From contig CALKOM010000077.1 of NCBI GenBank assembly GCA_938091905.1, positions 1 through 57,768 on the forward strand: DNA of 57,768 nucleotides. Direction: 5' to 3'. Shown in pieces: positions 28,527-40,200 of the stretch. How positions within the stretch are numbered: the first letter of the stretch is position 1; each line of letters starts with the position of its first letter. The notes beneath the pieces were generated by a model. That model was not told where the DNA came from. It was given only the letters and a program-made list of their open reading frames with translations, and searched no databases. The position numbers and the translations under genes are program-made. The stretch comes from an uncultured Verrucomicrobiales bacterium (GTDB lineage: Bacteria > Verrucomicrobiota > Verrucomicrobiia > Verrucomicrobiales > DEV007).

Positions 28527-31181
28527 TCAATCGAGAAGTAAGAGTTCATTGCTAGCCAACAAGACCCGCGCGTAGGCCTCCCATAGTTCGGCATCCTTCG
28601 TTTCAGGAGTTCCTTCCGTAACGGTCTCTAGCACATTGGCGAACTCTCGGAAATCCACCACGTCTTCCGGCAGTGAGGGGCGGGCAAAGAGTTCGCGACA
28701 GGCGAAGTCTAGCCGGTCTTCCGCCGTCGTGCTCGATTCTCGAATGCGCACCGCGAATTTGGCCGCACAGTCGTGGAAGAACGGATCATTCATGAAATAG
28801 AGCGCTTGGGTGGGCACAGTGGTGGCCTCACGTTGCGCCGTGCTGGCATTGGGATCGGCCCCATTGAAGAGGGCAAAGAAGCGGCTCGTCCGATTGCGCT
28901 TTCGCATCACATAAACACTACGCTTCTTGGTGTCGTACTCGGCGGCAAAGGGGCCATGTTGGGTGAAACTCCAGCTCTCTTCCGGAGGGAACGGATGGGC
29001 CTCACCTGGTGTGCGATCGAGTTCGCCGCTGGCCACTAGCAGCGTGTCGCGCAGCTCCTCCGCAGTCAAGCGGCGGCGGGCGAAGGCCGCGAAGCTGTTA
29101 GGGGTGACATCATCTTCTGCGGCTAGTTGATAGGCGGCGCTTGAGAGGATGTGGCGCTGCAAGGCCTTCACGCTCCAGCCATGCTCGATCAAGTAACCCG
29201 CCAAGTAGTCTAACAACTCGGGGTGGCTCGGCTCGGCGCCATGATTGCCGAAATCATTCGGGGTGGCCACCAGGCCGCGGCCGAAATGCCAGGCCCAGAG
29301 GCGATTGACCATGACCCGCGCAGTGAGCGGATTGTCCGCGCTCGCAATGCGCTCGGCCAGTTCACGCCGACCGCTGGACTCACTGTCACCGAGCTCGCCT
29401 CCGCCGAGCATGGCGAGAAACTGTCGCGGCACTTCCTCACCAAGTTCTTCATGGTTGCCACGCAAATGAATCCGAGCCTGCTTTGGCTCTCCTTCTGCCA
29501 CCGCGTAGGCCACTGGCGATGTTAGTTCATTGCCTTTGGCCGCATGCGCAGCGATCTCAGCCACCAACGCCGCGCGGGGCACACTCACCTCACAAAGTTC
29601 TCGGTAGGCGCGAGCCATGCTAGTATCCGCAAAGTGCTCTAACAACCATCCGACACCATCGGGACCTCCTGGATGCCCATCGCTCAGGGTGAGATCAACC
29701 GTAACCGTTCCGTCCACCGGGCTCAACCAGGCAATCGCGACCGCCCCACGCTGACTGGGATGGCAGAAGAAGGTCCGTGGCGGAAGCGTGTGCCACAGTT
29801 GGACCGGCTGATTACTAGCATTGATCAAGGCGGAAGGCAATCCTCCGTCAGGCGCTGTCCATGCACTCAATTCCTCGTGACCGCTAACCGTGACATCGCG
29901 CCAATTCAAGACCCTCGGATCCGGACTTCCGGTGTCTAGGAAACACCAAGCTGCCCCACCCGCCGCCTGCACGGGGTGATTGCTTAGGAAGTCATCGAAA
30001 TGATCCTTCACGGACCAACGAATCATCTTTCCCCCTGAAGCATGAGAGATCGAGAAATCGACGATGGTGGTGTCTGCCCCATGATTCTTGAGCGGGGAAA
30101 TCGAGAGCTGAATGGCTTCCCCTTTCCGTACGTTGAGCACGACAGGATCCTTGGTCACCTGCGCGGAACGACCTTCCGGCACTTCGCCCTGGGAAATCAC
30201 CTTGTAGCATTTCCCCGCCAGTGTCTTCAACGCCCTCGATTTGTGAGGCTGGTCGGCAGAGTTCAGCTCAGCGTCCAACGCGGCCTGACGTTCTTCCCAA
30301 GCCTTCTTTCGAGCGACCAACGCTTCGCTCGCGAGCGGAATGAGATCGCGGGGTTGCTGCTTGGGCTCGCAACCTGGAAACGAGAAGCGCGTGCTATCAA
30401 ACACACCATAGAGCGCGTAGTAGTCGTGCATCGCGATCGGGTCGTGTTTGTGATCATGACAGCGCGCACAGGAAATGGTCAGCCCGAGGAAAGCCTTTCC
30501 CAGGTTATCGATGGCGTCCTCGTACATGAGGTACATCCGTTTGTCGATGTCATGCCCGAAGCGACGCGAGATGGCGAGATAACCAGTCGCGATAATGGCA
30601 GCGTTTCGTTCCACTTGCGGAAGGTCTTGGCCTAACAAGTCGCCGGCAATTTGATCCCGCACAAACTGGTCATAGGGTTTGTCCTCATTGAACGCATCGA
30701 TGATCCAGTTGCGATAGCGCCAGGCGTGCGGCAAAGGATGATCGCTATTCTCCCCTGCCGTGTCTGCATAGCGTACGACGTCTAACCAGTGTCGCCCCCA
30801 GTGTTCACCGTAGTGATAGGACTCCAGGAGACCCTCGCAGACATCACGAAAGGCGACAGGGGCGGGGCGCGCGTCCGCCACGAAAGCTTCCACCATCTCC
30901 GGGTCAGGCGGCAGACCTGTGAGACCGTAACTGGCCCGTCGCACCAATGCCCGACGACTTGCTCGGGCAGTCTGCCCTTGTTCCTTTGATAGTGCGCTCG
31001 CTTGGATGAAGGCGTCAATAGGATGCCCGTCCTTTGGAACTTCCACTCGCGCCAAAGGACGCAAGGACCACAGCGTTCCTTCACTCTTCTTACTCTTCTT
31101 ACTCTCCGCAACAAGCGGGCCTGCGAGCAGCAGACTCAGGCAGGTTAGTGTGCAGCAGTAATCTAAAGAGCGGGATCTCAT
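28527..31181 (-). CDS. DUF1549/DUF1553 (PSD1) domain protein
   Basis: HPIDAFI, YGEHWGRHWLDVVRYADT, CARCHDHKHDPI, NPLTARVMVNRLW and HPELLDYLA. Confidence 0.93.
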   Translation of the reverse strand: MRSRSLDYCCTLTCLSLLLAGPLVAESKKSKKSEGTLWSLRPLARVEVPKDGHPIDAFIQASALSKEQGQTARASRRALVRRASYGLTGLPPDPEMVEAFVADARPAPVAFRDVCEGLLESYHYGEHWGRHWLDVVRYADTAGENSDHPLPHAWRYRNWIIDAFNEDKPYDQFVRDQIAGDLLGQDLPQVERNAAIIATGYLAISRRFGHDIDKRMYLMYEDAIDNLGKAFLGLTISCARCHDHKHDPIAMHDYYALYGVFDSTRFSFPGCEPKQQPRDLIPLASEALVARKKAWEERQAALDAELNSADQPHKSRALKTLAGKCYKVISQGEVPEGRSAQVTKDPVVLNVRKGEAIQLSISPLKNHGADTTIVDFSISHASGGKMIRWSVKDHFDDFLSNHPVQAAGGAAWCFLDTGSPDPRVLNWRDVTVSGHEELSAWTAPDGGLPSALINASNQPVQLWHTLPPRTFFCHPSQRGAVAIAWLSPVDGTVTVDLTLSDGHPGGPDGVGWLLEHFADTSMARAYRELCEVSVPRAALVAEIAAHAAKGNELTSPVAYAVAEGEPKQARIHLRGNHEELGEEVPRQFLAMLGGGELGDSESSGRRELAERIASADNPLTARVMVNRLWAWHFGRGLVATPNDFGNHGAEPSHPELLDYLAGYLIEHGWSVKALQRHILSSAAYQLAAEDDVTPNSFAAFARRRLTAEELRDTLLVASGELDRTPGEAHPFPPEESWSFTQHGPFAAEYDTKKRSVYVMRKRNRTSRFFALFNGADPNASTAQREATTVPTQALYFMNDPFFHDCAAKFAVRIRESSTTAEDRLDFACRELFARPSLPEDVVDFREFANVLETVTEGTPETKDAELWEAYARVLLASNELLLLD

Positions 31182-31326
31182 GTCAGCGTCTCCGATTCTC
31201 TGATATCACACCCCTCGCGACAAGCAGGGAATTGCACCAACAGAGGCGGACATTGCCAGCCCGGCACAGCGAGGAGTGGAGACGAATACGGTTTCATCCA
31301 GGAACAGTTCAGGATAGCCTGTTCGC

Positions 31327-33466
31327 GTGAAGAATGGCATTACGCATCAATCCAAGTTTCGTCCTTTTCTAGCAATCCTTGTCGGGCTGCTTCCCTTGTC
31401 TAACATCCTGGCCAAGGACATCCCAGCCTTTCCTGGAGCCGAAGGCCATGGCAGGTACACCACCGGAGGCCGTGGTGGACGTGGGATCAAGGTGACCAAC
31501 TTAAACGACAGCGGCGAAGGTAGCTTACGGGCGGCGGCGGAGGCCGAAGGGCGGCGAACGATCGTTTTTGAAGTGTCAGGCACCATCACGTTAGAGCGTC
31601 GACTCGTGATACGAAACGCCTACCTTACCATTGCTGGGCAAACCGCTCCGGGAGATGGAATCTGCTTAAAGAACCATGAAGTCTACCTCGATGCCTGCGA
31701 AGAAGTGATTATTCGCTACCTGCGCTTTCGGAGGGGCGATGAAGCTCAGCAGCAAGCCAATGCCATTGGAGGTCAAAAGTACAGAAACGTCATGATCGAC
31801 CATTGTTCGATGAGTTGGTCCACAGATGAATGCGCCTCCTTCTATGCCAATGAGAACTTTACCATGCAGTGGTGCTTGATTGGCGAAAGCCTCCGCCACT
31901 CAGTTCATAAAAGTGGCAAACACGGCTATGGCGGCGTCTGGGGCGGCAAGAACGCTTCGTTTCATCATAACTTGCTTGCTCATCACGACAGCCGAAACCT
32001 TCGGCTTGGAGAGTAAGCGTCCGCCTACGCGCTCTCTGATCGAGTCGATATCAGAAATAACGTGATCTACAATTGGCAAGGCAGCAGTGGTTATGGAGGC
32101 GAAGGCATGAATGTCAATATGGTGAACAACTATTACAAACCGGGACCCGCGACGACCAGGAACCAAGACAGAATCGTGGCCCTCTGGAATAGAATTGAGA
32201 CCTGGGATCCCTTGTACAATGTGTGGGGGAAATTCCACATCGATGGCAATGTTGTCATAGGATCTGAAAGAGCGACGACTGATAACTAGACGTATAGTGT
32301 TCAGTTTGATTCCAAATGGAGTCACCTCTCGGATACTGAAAGGCAAAGCCTGCGCTTGGAGAATCCCTTAGGATCAGGCGTGGTGACGACCCATGAGGCA
32401 GAAGAAGCCTATCAGAGAGTGCTTCGACTGGCTGGTGCTAGTTTAAAAAGAGACACGGTCGATCAGAGAATTATCCATGATGTCAGCACCGGGACGGCAA
32501 CATGCATGGATGGTGGGAATGGTAGCACCCATGGCTTCATTGACACGCAAGACGCTGTCGGTGGCTGGCCTGAATTAAAGTCCCTACCAGCGCCCGCGGA
32601 CACCGATGGCGATGGGATGCCCGATGCATGGGAGGTTGCCAAAGGCTTGGCCCCCAAAGATCCCAGCGATGGCAATGCTGGCGCGAACAACGACGGCTAC
32701 ACTCATCTTGAAGACTACCTGAATAGTCTGGCCCTGCGCTACTATGACACAAAGCCTAGCATCAGCACGATCAGCCCGAAAGTGAATGAGACCTTTATCG
32801 CCCCATCTGCTGTGACGATTGATGTCGACGCTTACGCCAATGACTATAATGGCGGTTCGATCGCAAGAATGGAATTGTATGTGGATGAGCAACTCGTCAA
32901 AGCAGAGGATGAAGCCAGCCGCATCGCGGCGACACTAGACAGGGTTCCTCATGGGATGCACCGCATGGTGGTGAAAGCCACAGATGACACTGGCAATGTA
33001 TCTACGGAGACAACCGTCGTGTATGTCGGCACCCAAAGAGTGAGGGTCGCGATCAAAGAAGATGCTCGCAATGGACGAGTCGCGTTGAGCTCAAAAGGAG
33101 GCCTTTACAACGGAGGGTGGACGTGAGAGTGGAAGCGGTTCCGGACGAGGGCTATCGCTTTCACAGTTGGATCGAAGACATCGAGAGTGATCAGAAACTG
33201 CTGACGATCAAGACTGTGAATGACATTACCCTAAAACCCGTATTTGTGCCCACTGAAGATCCTCTCGATAAGTACAGAAAGCCCATACGAATCACCTTCG
33301 GCCCCTTGGAAGGTTTCTATGCGGCCCCGGGCTACATCGTGGATGGTGGCAGTCAATATTCCGAGAAGTTGAATGGCTACACCTACGGTTGGCTTGAGGG
33401 ATACCATCTTGGCGGCGAGATGGATCATTCAGAATCAAACATCGTGCGGTCGACTCACAACGTTTT
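31327..33466 (+). pseudogene. multidomain pectate lyase (PL1-like + Ig-like + further domains); TAA 32014, TAG 32287, frameshift near 33115, truncated by IS
   Basis: [44 protein letters not shown] and DTDGDGMPDAWE. The ORF pieces up to 33126 share a frame. Confidence 0.9.
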
Positions 33467-34954
33467 GGTAACGTCCGAAATGAGGGGGGGCTAACGAATG
33501 ACTTCGATGCCTTGAAAGATAATGATAGCGTTGCCCGCTATCTCCTTCCGGTCCCCCCAATGGTCCCACCATCCTTTGGGGTTCAGGATACGAGCAATCA
33601 CCATTCGCGCCATCTTGGCTGCTCCTGATTCACTCTAGCCGAACGCGACCTTCTTTAATCGACGCCCGATTTCACCCATCAGTCTTTCAATCAACGACGT
33701 CGTCCTCGGGCAACGGATTCCAAGTTCTAATCAGGTTCCAAGATAGGTGAACAAGTGCCGTTTCGCATTCGACACATAGTTCACGGCTACTCCGTATACC
33801 TTCGTGCCCAGGTCCTCGATAAACTTATCTAACTCTCTTTCAACTTTGCCGTAACGCTCTAGCAATTTTGCTTTATCTTTCTTGCTAATCTCATCTACGG
33901 AACCCTTTGGCAATTCGATTGCCATCAACTGGCTCAACTGCTTCGACTTCATCTTGCGCTCTCTCAGTGGGGCTTCGTCTTTCCACATCGAGTAGCCGAG
34001 ATCACGTGGCAGATGCCAATGACAGCGTTGCACTCCATCGGCCAGATGTTCTAGCCCTTCGACCATTCCAGGTTCGCCATCGACCACGAGGTCATCCGCA
34101 AGTGGTTGATCTCTCTTTGCCGCGTCCTTGGGATCAAGAATTGCGGTTCCTATCTCTGCCCAACTCTTGTCCGACCACACTCCCATCGGAAACGTATATC
34201 CCTTATCATCAACGCCTATCATCACTTTCAGCTCCCCACGATTGCTTTCTCCTGGATTCTTGGGGCGCTTCTTGTACCCGGTCCCATCCGGTAGGATCTG
34301 AGAAAACTCGAACTCTAGCTGTTGTGCCGCCACATCGCACGGTGTTACTTTGATCCAATCGTGAGCTGTGCTCTTCGGTATCTCAATGTTGCCAATGATC
34401 TTCAAATGCTGACTGAGACGTCGATAGCTCTGGTCGGTGATGACCTCACTGACAATCTGCTCAAGCTCTACCGTCTTCTTCTGATAGCGATTCAGCTTAA
34501 GGAAGTTTCCCAACAGCACCTGTGTCTTCCGGCAATTGGCACAGCGCAAATGCCGACAGCCAAAGTCCAACAGGCCAATGCTCGTTCGAATCTTGCGTGA
34601 CTTCAGCCCTTTGGATTCCAGGCAAGGATCGTCACAACACGAACGCAAATTGAACCTAGAATGGCTATCATGACGGTTGATGCCTACACTGACGGACTCG
34701 TCAATGAGCCTGAGGAGAAGTACTATGAATCCGGGCAACCCTTCCGAGTCGAAGAGATCTTTGATCTTGGAAACGAGCTCATCGAGGGAGCAACCTTGAT
34801 CGGAAATGCTGTTGGCAACTTTGAGAACGAGAGTATATCGCAAGGGCTTGGGGCTGTGGTTATTGTCAGGGGTATCTTTGCCCCACGCAGTCTCAAGCTT
34901 TCAACTCATTCCGGACCTAAAACTCAGTTAGCCCCCCGTTTCCCGGACGTTACC
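33467..34954 (-). mobile_element. ISH6-like insertion sequence (1488 bp) with imperfect terminal inverted repeats
   Basis: Left TIR GGTAACGTCCGAAATGAGGGGGGGCTAAC (33467-33495); right TIR reverse complement GGTAACGTCCGGGAAACGGGGGGCTAAC (34927-34954). No matching flanking duplication. Confidence 0.8.
33491..34843 (-). pseudogene. ISH6/Mutator-like DDE transposase with stops at 33731-33733 and 33635-33637
   Basis: PDGTG, VVDGE, QRCHWH, then YLGT*LELG..TTSLIERLMGEIGRRLKKVAFG*SESGA, ending at TAG 33491-33493. Confidence 0.8.
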
Positions 34955-34980
34955 AAATATTTAAGTTCAATGAACAAATT

Positions 34981-37158
34981 TCACAGCTCTTGCACTCCCA
35001 AATCGATCAGCTTGGGCTCGAGGGCCTTAGCCCAAATCTCATAACCCTTTGGGGACAGATGGAGCAAATCCGGCATCATCTCCTTGGAAACCACGCCGTT
35101 ATCGTCAAGAAAGCTCTCGTCGAGGTTTAAGTAATCCACCTGATCATCTTGGGCGAGCACGGCAATCCTATCGTTGATTGCTTTGTTGAGCAAACGCAAC
35201 GGATCATTCGACTCAGCCGCCCGCGGAAAGACACCTAGTAGGAGCACCTTTGTCTGAGGAAAACGCTCCTGAACCTTGGCCACGACTTTACCCACACCTG
35301 CGGCTGTCTCAGTGGCAGACTGTTGAAGGTGCCCCGTATTGTTTGTGCCAATCATGATCACCGCCACCTTGGGAGCCGTCCCCCCCTTAAACTTTCCCTT
35401 CTCAAGCCGCCAAAGAAGATGCTCGGTGCGATCACCCGAAAACCCCAGATTAATCGCATTGCGAGAACCATAATACCGCTGCCACGTTTCCTTACCTGGT
35501 CCCTCCCAACCTTGAGTGATCGAGTCTCCTAAAAAGAGCAAGTCCGCTGACTCCTTGGAAGTCTTCCTGTCTATCTCTTGGTAGCGCTGTCGCCACCACT
35601 TCTCGGTCAGTCGAGAGACCGGGATGGCAGCACTGTTCACGTCGTACTGTTTGCGCATCGAAGTATAACGCTGCTTCATATCGTCTAACAACTTCGCAGC
35701 TTCTGGTTTGTCGTGGATACTTCGCATCTCTTGGGGATCATTCATAAGGTCAAATAGCTGCCATTCCTTAGTACGCGGGAAGCGCATCAACTTGTGACGC
35801 AAGGTCCGCACACCATCATGCGCCGCCACATTATGAGTGCGTTCGCCGTAGTAGGCGTAGTAGATCGATTCACGCCAGTCCTTTGGCGCATATCCCTTAT
35901 TCCTAAGCACGGGCAAAAAGCTCTCTCCCTGAATTGCTTCGGGCACATCGACTCCTGCCATTTGCAGAAAGGTCGGGGCATAGTCGATATTCTGGATAAG
36001 CGCACGAGACTTCTTTCCTGCTTCAATCTCACCAGGCCAGCGAATAAGGAAGGGCATCTTGAAGGATTCCTCAAACATCCAACGCTTGTCATACCAACCG
36101 TGCTCTCCCAAATAGAAACCTTGATCAGACGAGTAGATGACTACGGTATTCTCAGAAAGCCCCGTCGCATCTAGATGATCTAGCACTCGCCCTATCCCAT
36201 CGTCCATGGCCTGCACCGTCCGCAGATAATCTTTGATATAGCGTTGGTACTTCCACTTCACGATCTCCTCTTCGCTCAGCTTTCCCGCGTTCATCTTCTC
36301 AATGAAGGCCTGGTTCTTTGGCTCGTAGGCGGCATCCCAAACGCGTTTCTGAGCAACGGTCATTCGTCGATACTCTGCATTAGCGATCCCCGTACTGAAA
36401 GACTCCGGGAACTGGTTCTTGCCATGAAACTTCATGTCGTGCCCCCAGTACATGTGTTTATCGATTCCCATCTCGTGTTCCTTCAGCAGGCCTACACGAT
36501 TAGCATAATCGTCAAACAGCGTGTCCGGCAGCGGCAAATCCCCCTCGTCAAACTTCTTGAGATGACGTGCAGGTGGTGACCAATTGCGATGCGGAGCCTT
36601 GTGCTGGCACATTAACAAGAACGGCCTGTCATCATCCCGCGCCCTCAGCCAATCAAGCGAGAGATCTGTGATGATATCACTGCAATAGCCTGGCCGACGC
36701 TTCTTCGTTCCGTCCATTTGAAGGAAGTCTGGATTGTAATAGCTTCCTTGCCCCGGCAGTACTTCCCAGGCATCAAATCCTGTCGGCTCAGAACCCAGGT
36801 GCCACTTTCCAAAGAGCGCTGTGTCATAGCCAGCCTGTTGAAGAAGCTTCGGAAACGTGACTTGGGAGCCATCAAAGCGCGCCCTCTCATTACTCAGAAA
36901 CCCATTCACATGGCTGTGTTTCCCACTGAGAATGCAGGCACGCGAAGGCCCACAAATCGAGTTCGCACAGAAGGAGTTCTCAAAGATCATTCCCTCGTTC
37001 GCGAGGCGATCAATGTTCGGGGTATGGTTCAGTCGCCCAGCACTGTACGCTGAGATCGCCTCAACCGCATGATCGTCCGAGAAGATGAAGACGATGTTAG
37101 GACGATCCGCCGCAACGAGAACTGCGGGCATAAGTAAGGCAAAGAATAGGAGTCTCAT
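34981..37158 (-). CDS. sulfatase fused to a C-terminal SGNH/GDSL esterase
   Basis: RPNIVFIFSDDH, CGPSRA, GKWHL, HKAPHRNW and GEHGWYDKRW; then LGDSIT, GFSGD, IGTNN and DLLH. Confidence 0.92.
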   Translation of the reverse strand: MRLLFFALLMPAVLVAADRPNIVFIFSDDHAVEAISAYSAGRLNHTPNIDRLANEGMIFENSFCANSICGPSRACILSGKHSHVNGFLSNERARFDGSQVTFPKLLQQAGYDTALFGKWHLGSEPTGFDAWEVLPGQGSYYNPDFLQMDGTKKRRPGYCSDIITDLSLDWLRARDDDRPFLLMCQHKAPHRNWSPPARHLKKFDEGDLPLPDTLFDDYANRVGLLKEHEMGIDKHMYWGHDMKFHGKNQFPESFSTGIANAEYRRMTVAQKRVWDAAYEPKNQAFIEKMNAGKLSEEEIVKWKYQRYIKDYLRTVQAMDDGIGRVLDHLDATGLSENTVVIYSSDQGFYLGEHGWYDKRWMFEESFKMPFLIRWPGEIEAGKKSRALIQNIDYAPTFLQMAGVDVPEAIQGESFLPVLRNKGYAPKDWRESIYYAYYGERTHNVAAHDGVRTLRHKLMRFPRTKEWQLFDLMNDPQEMRSIHDKPEAAKLLDDMKQRYTSMRKQYDVNSAAIPVSRLTEKWWRQRYQEIDRKTSKESADLLFLGDSITQGWEGPGKETWQRYYGSRNAINLGFSGDRTEHLLWRLEKGKFKGGTAPKVAVIMIGTNNTGHLQQSATETAAGVGKVVAKVQERFPQTKVLLLGVFPRAAESNDPLRLLNKAINDRIAVLAQDDQVDYLNLDESFLDDNGVVSKEMMPDLLHLSPKGYEIWAKALEPKLIDLGVQEL

Positions 37159-37210
37159 GTCGCCGACGGTAGGCGAAGCATCACCACGGACACAAGTCCC
37201 AAACCCGAAC

Positions 37211-40200
37211 TTACGGCAACACTACGCGGACATAGCGACGAGTTCCCTTCAGATCTACCCGAACCGTCTCAAGCACCTCACCCAGGCCACCGTCCTTTTG
37301 AATCATAGTCTCGATGTCTTGCCCCTCTTCTGCGTCCACCCAGTTCTTCAAGTCATCACTCAACTGAACGGTCCAAGCCTCAACATCAGAGATACGTCGA
37401 TAGGTAACCCGGTAGGTGCCATCCGCGAGGATCGAAATCTGCGGCAGATTTCCGTAGCCGGCACCAGACCTGGGATTGAGATCAAAACGGAATTCATGGC
37501 CATTCGTAAATCCGTCGGCATCGGCATCAGCATCGACAGCTCCGGAAGGATCGCCGCTTTTAAAGTAACCGTTCGTGGCCTTCCACTCATCGAACGTGTA
37601 AGTCTCACGAGCAGGTATATCTGGGATAGTCGTGCTCACGCGCACATGGTTAATCCCAATAAGTTTTCCCTCACCAGCTTCGGTTCCAACCGTCGTATAA
37701 CGGAACGCTAGACGACATTGGCGTCCCGCAAAAGCACTGATGTCGATGCCGCTTTGGCGAGTCCATTCCCTGTTAGCGACTGCGCCAAGGTCCACGCTGA
37801 CCCGCGACCAATGAACAGCAGTGGGATCATTACCGTCCTGGAATTCTGCACCCAAGAGCACCTCAATCTCCGGCCCTGAAAAATTGTGATAGTAGTCAAA
37901 GCCCAAGCTCGTCTGTGCCCACACATTGATGTCGAACGGAGGCGAGATCAACCAATCATCACTTGGAGCATCCGCACCGAAGCCGTTGGCGACGGCACCT
38001 TGCGCGCCACCAGTCGTATCGATTTGCCAGCCACGATCACTCGCCACACTGACAGTCGTCCAGGGAGCAGTGATCGGCGTATCATTATCGCCGCCGAAAA
38101 CGCCCTCCAACAGCCTATCTCCAGCAAACGTCACCGTCACTTCATCGCTCATCATCGAAGTCGTCTCTGCACCATCCGACACGGTAATCGTGACGGTAAA
38201 GGTGCCAGGGTCGTTGTAGACGTGGGTCGTTTCAGTGCCCTCTCCCACGGCACCATCTCCAAAATCCCAGGCGAAGGTATAGGGGGGCGTACCACCCGAA
38301 GCCGATGCCGCGAACGCAAGTGCGTTCCCCGTCGTGCCCACCGAAGGGGAATCCAGATCAACAGTCAGTACTGGCGCTGTATCTGATTTCGCGACAACAA
38401 CAGAGTCAATACCAACCAGACGCCCATCTCCACCTTCGGTTCCATTCGAGACATACTTGAATGCAAGATGGGTAGCAGCCCCGTTGAATGATGCCAAATT
38501 GATTTTCTCAAAGTCGATCCACTCCCGCTCTGGAAGCATGCTGAAATCAAGCTGTAGATCTGTCCAATTCGCGACACTAGGATCAGAATTAAAGTCCGTA
38601 GAAATGAGCACCTGAATCTCGGGCCCACTAAATCTCACAAAGTGACTAAACGAAAGGAGCGGAATCTCATCACCTGAGAGATCCATGGGAGGAGAGATCA
38701 GCCAATCCTCACTGGCTGCATCCGCCCCAAAACCATTCATGAATGCGCCATGGCGCCCGTTCCACTCCTGAATTTCCCATACCGCATCGCTGGCAACACT
38801 GACAGTCGTCCAGGGAGCTCCAATCGGCACATCGACCTCACCTTCAAAATCCGTGTCGAGAAAGGAATCGCTCACCGGCGGTGCCGTCAACTTGACCACA
38901 CGAATCTGATCTACGCCGATACGCTGCCCATCACCAGGGCCCGTCCCATCGGAGGTGTAATGGAAGGCGAGACGCACATCTCCAGATATTGGAATGGTCA
39001 ATCCGCTAGGACGCGACCAATCATCAAACGTGAAGTCACCAGGAATGGGCACCCACACAACCGTAGTCGGGTCCTCGGACAGGGGATCATAGCCAGTGCT
39101 TGCAAGCACCTCGAAACTACCACCACTGAAAAAGCGATTCAGGTCAAAGCTGAGCGTTCCTTGCTCACCTTGGCCGATTTGAATGACTGGAGAGATCAAC
39201 CAGTCGTCACTGGCTTCATCTGAACCGAAACCGTTCATAAAGATTCCCTGCTGACCATCAATCGTATCTAGGTTCCAGTCCTCGAAGCTAGCTTTACTCA
39301 CCGCAGTCCAATCATCGACCGGATCATCACCGTCGAATCCAACAAAGTCATAATCAAACAGAATATCATCAACGTCGATTACATTGATAGGGCTGGGTAA
39401 TACTGCTTCCCGCGAAGCACCTGTGGCATCAGTAACGCTAAGGCTGACTGAGTAGCTCCCTGCCGCCGCAAACACATGACTCGGCAAGCCGTTGGAGCTA
39501 CTTGTACCATCACCAAAGTCCCACGCGTAGCTATAGGGGTGCTTACCTCCAGTAATAAAGGGCTCGAACACTACGGTGTCCACAGTGGTAACCTCGTCAG
39601 ACGAACCCGAGACTGACAGCGACGAAAGCAGAGGTAACTCATCTTCATTGATCACCCTCACGCTATCAATTCCATAAGTCCGCCCATCACCGGAGCCAAC
39701 TCCAGTAGAAAGATATTTAAATGCGACCGTATGGTCACCGTCTAGGCCAGCCAAACTCAGGGCTCCCACTTCGGACCACGCCTGCGCCGGAAGATCAGAA
39801 AAATCTACATTTAAACTGTCCCAGGTTGCTCCTGTTGGATCCCCACCATCATAGTCCGCCGAAACAAGCACATCCAACAACGGACCACTAAAACGGGTAA
39901 AGACATCCACCGTAAGCACGGGAAAAAGGGAACCCACCAGAGGCAACTTCGGCGACAACAGCCAATCTTCACTCGCCTCATTTGAGCTGAAACCTGTAAT
40001 CACGGCAGCGCTCCGAGACGCTTCGGTATCGAGTAACCATTCAGCATCACTCGCAATGCTAAAGGTCTGCCAGGGCCCGGGGATGGGATCACCATCAGCT
40101 CCCTCAAAGTCGATCTTTACAAGAACATTCGCCTCATTCACTGCATTGATATAGTCCGATTGAGCGAATACATCTTGCCCGCCCAAAGCATCGGTAACCG

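Noticed and set aside
31082..31107. 9-bp tandem microrepeat (SKKSKKSE)
   Set aside because: Short in-frame linker duplication with no evident function.
1259..33733. Stop-codon reassignment (UGA=Trp, code 4; or UAG recoding)
   Set aside because: Both TGA and TAG occur at Trp positions, a TAA and frameshifts also interrupt the same genes, and all three codons end intact genes. Long genes have no internal stops.
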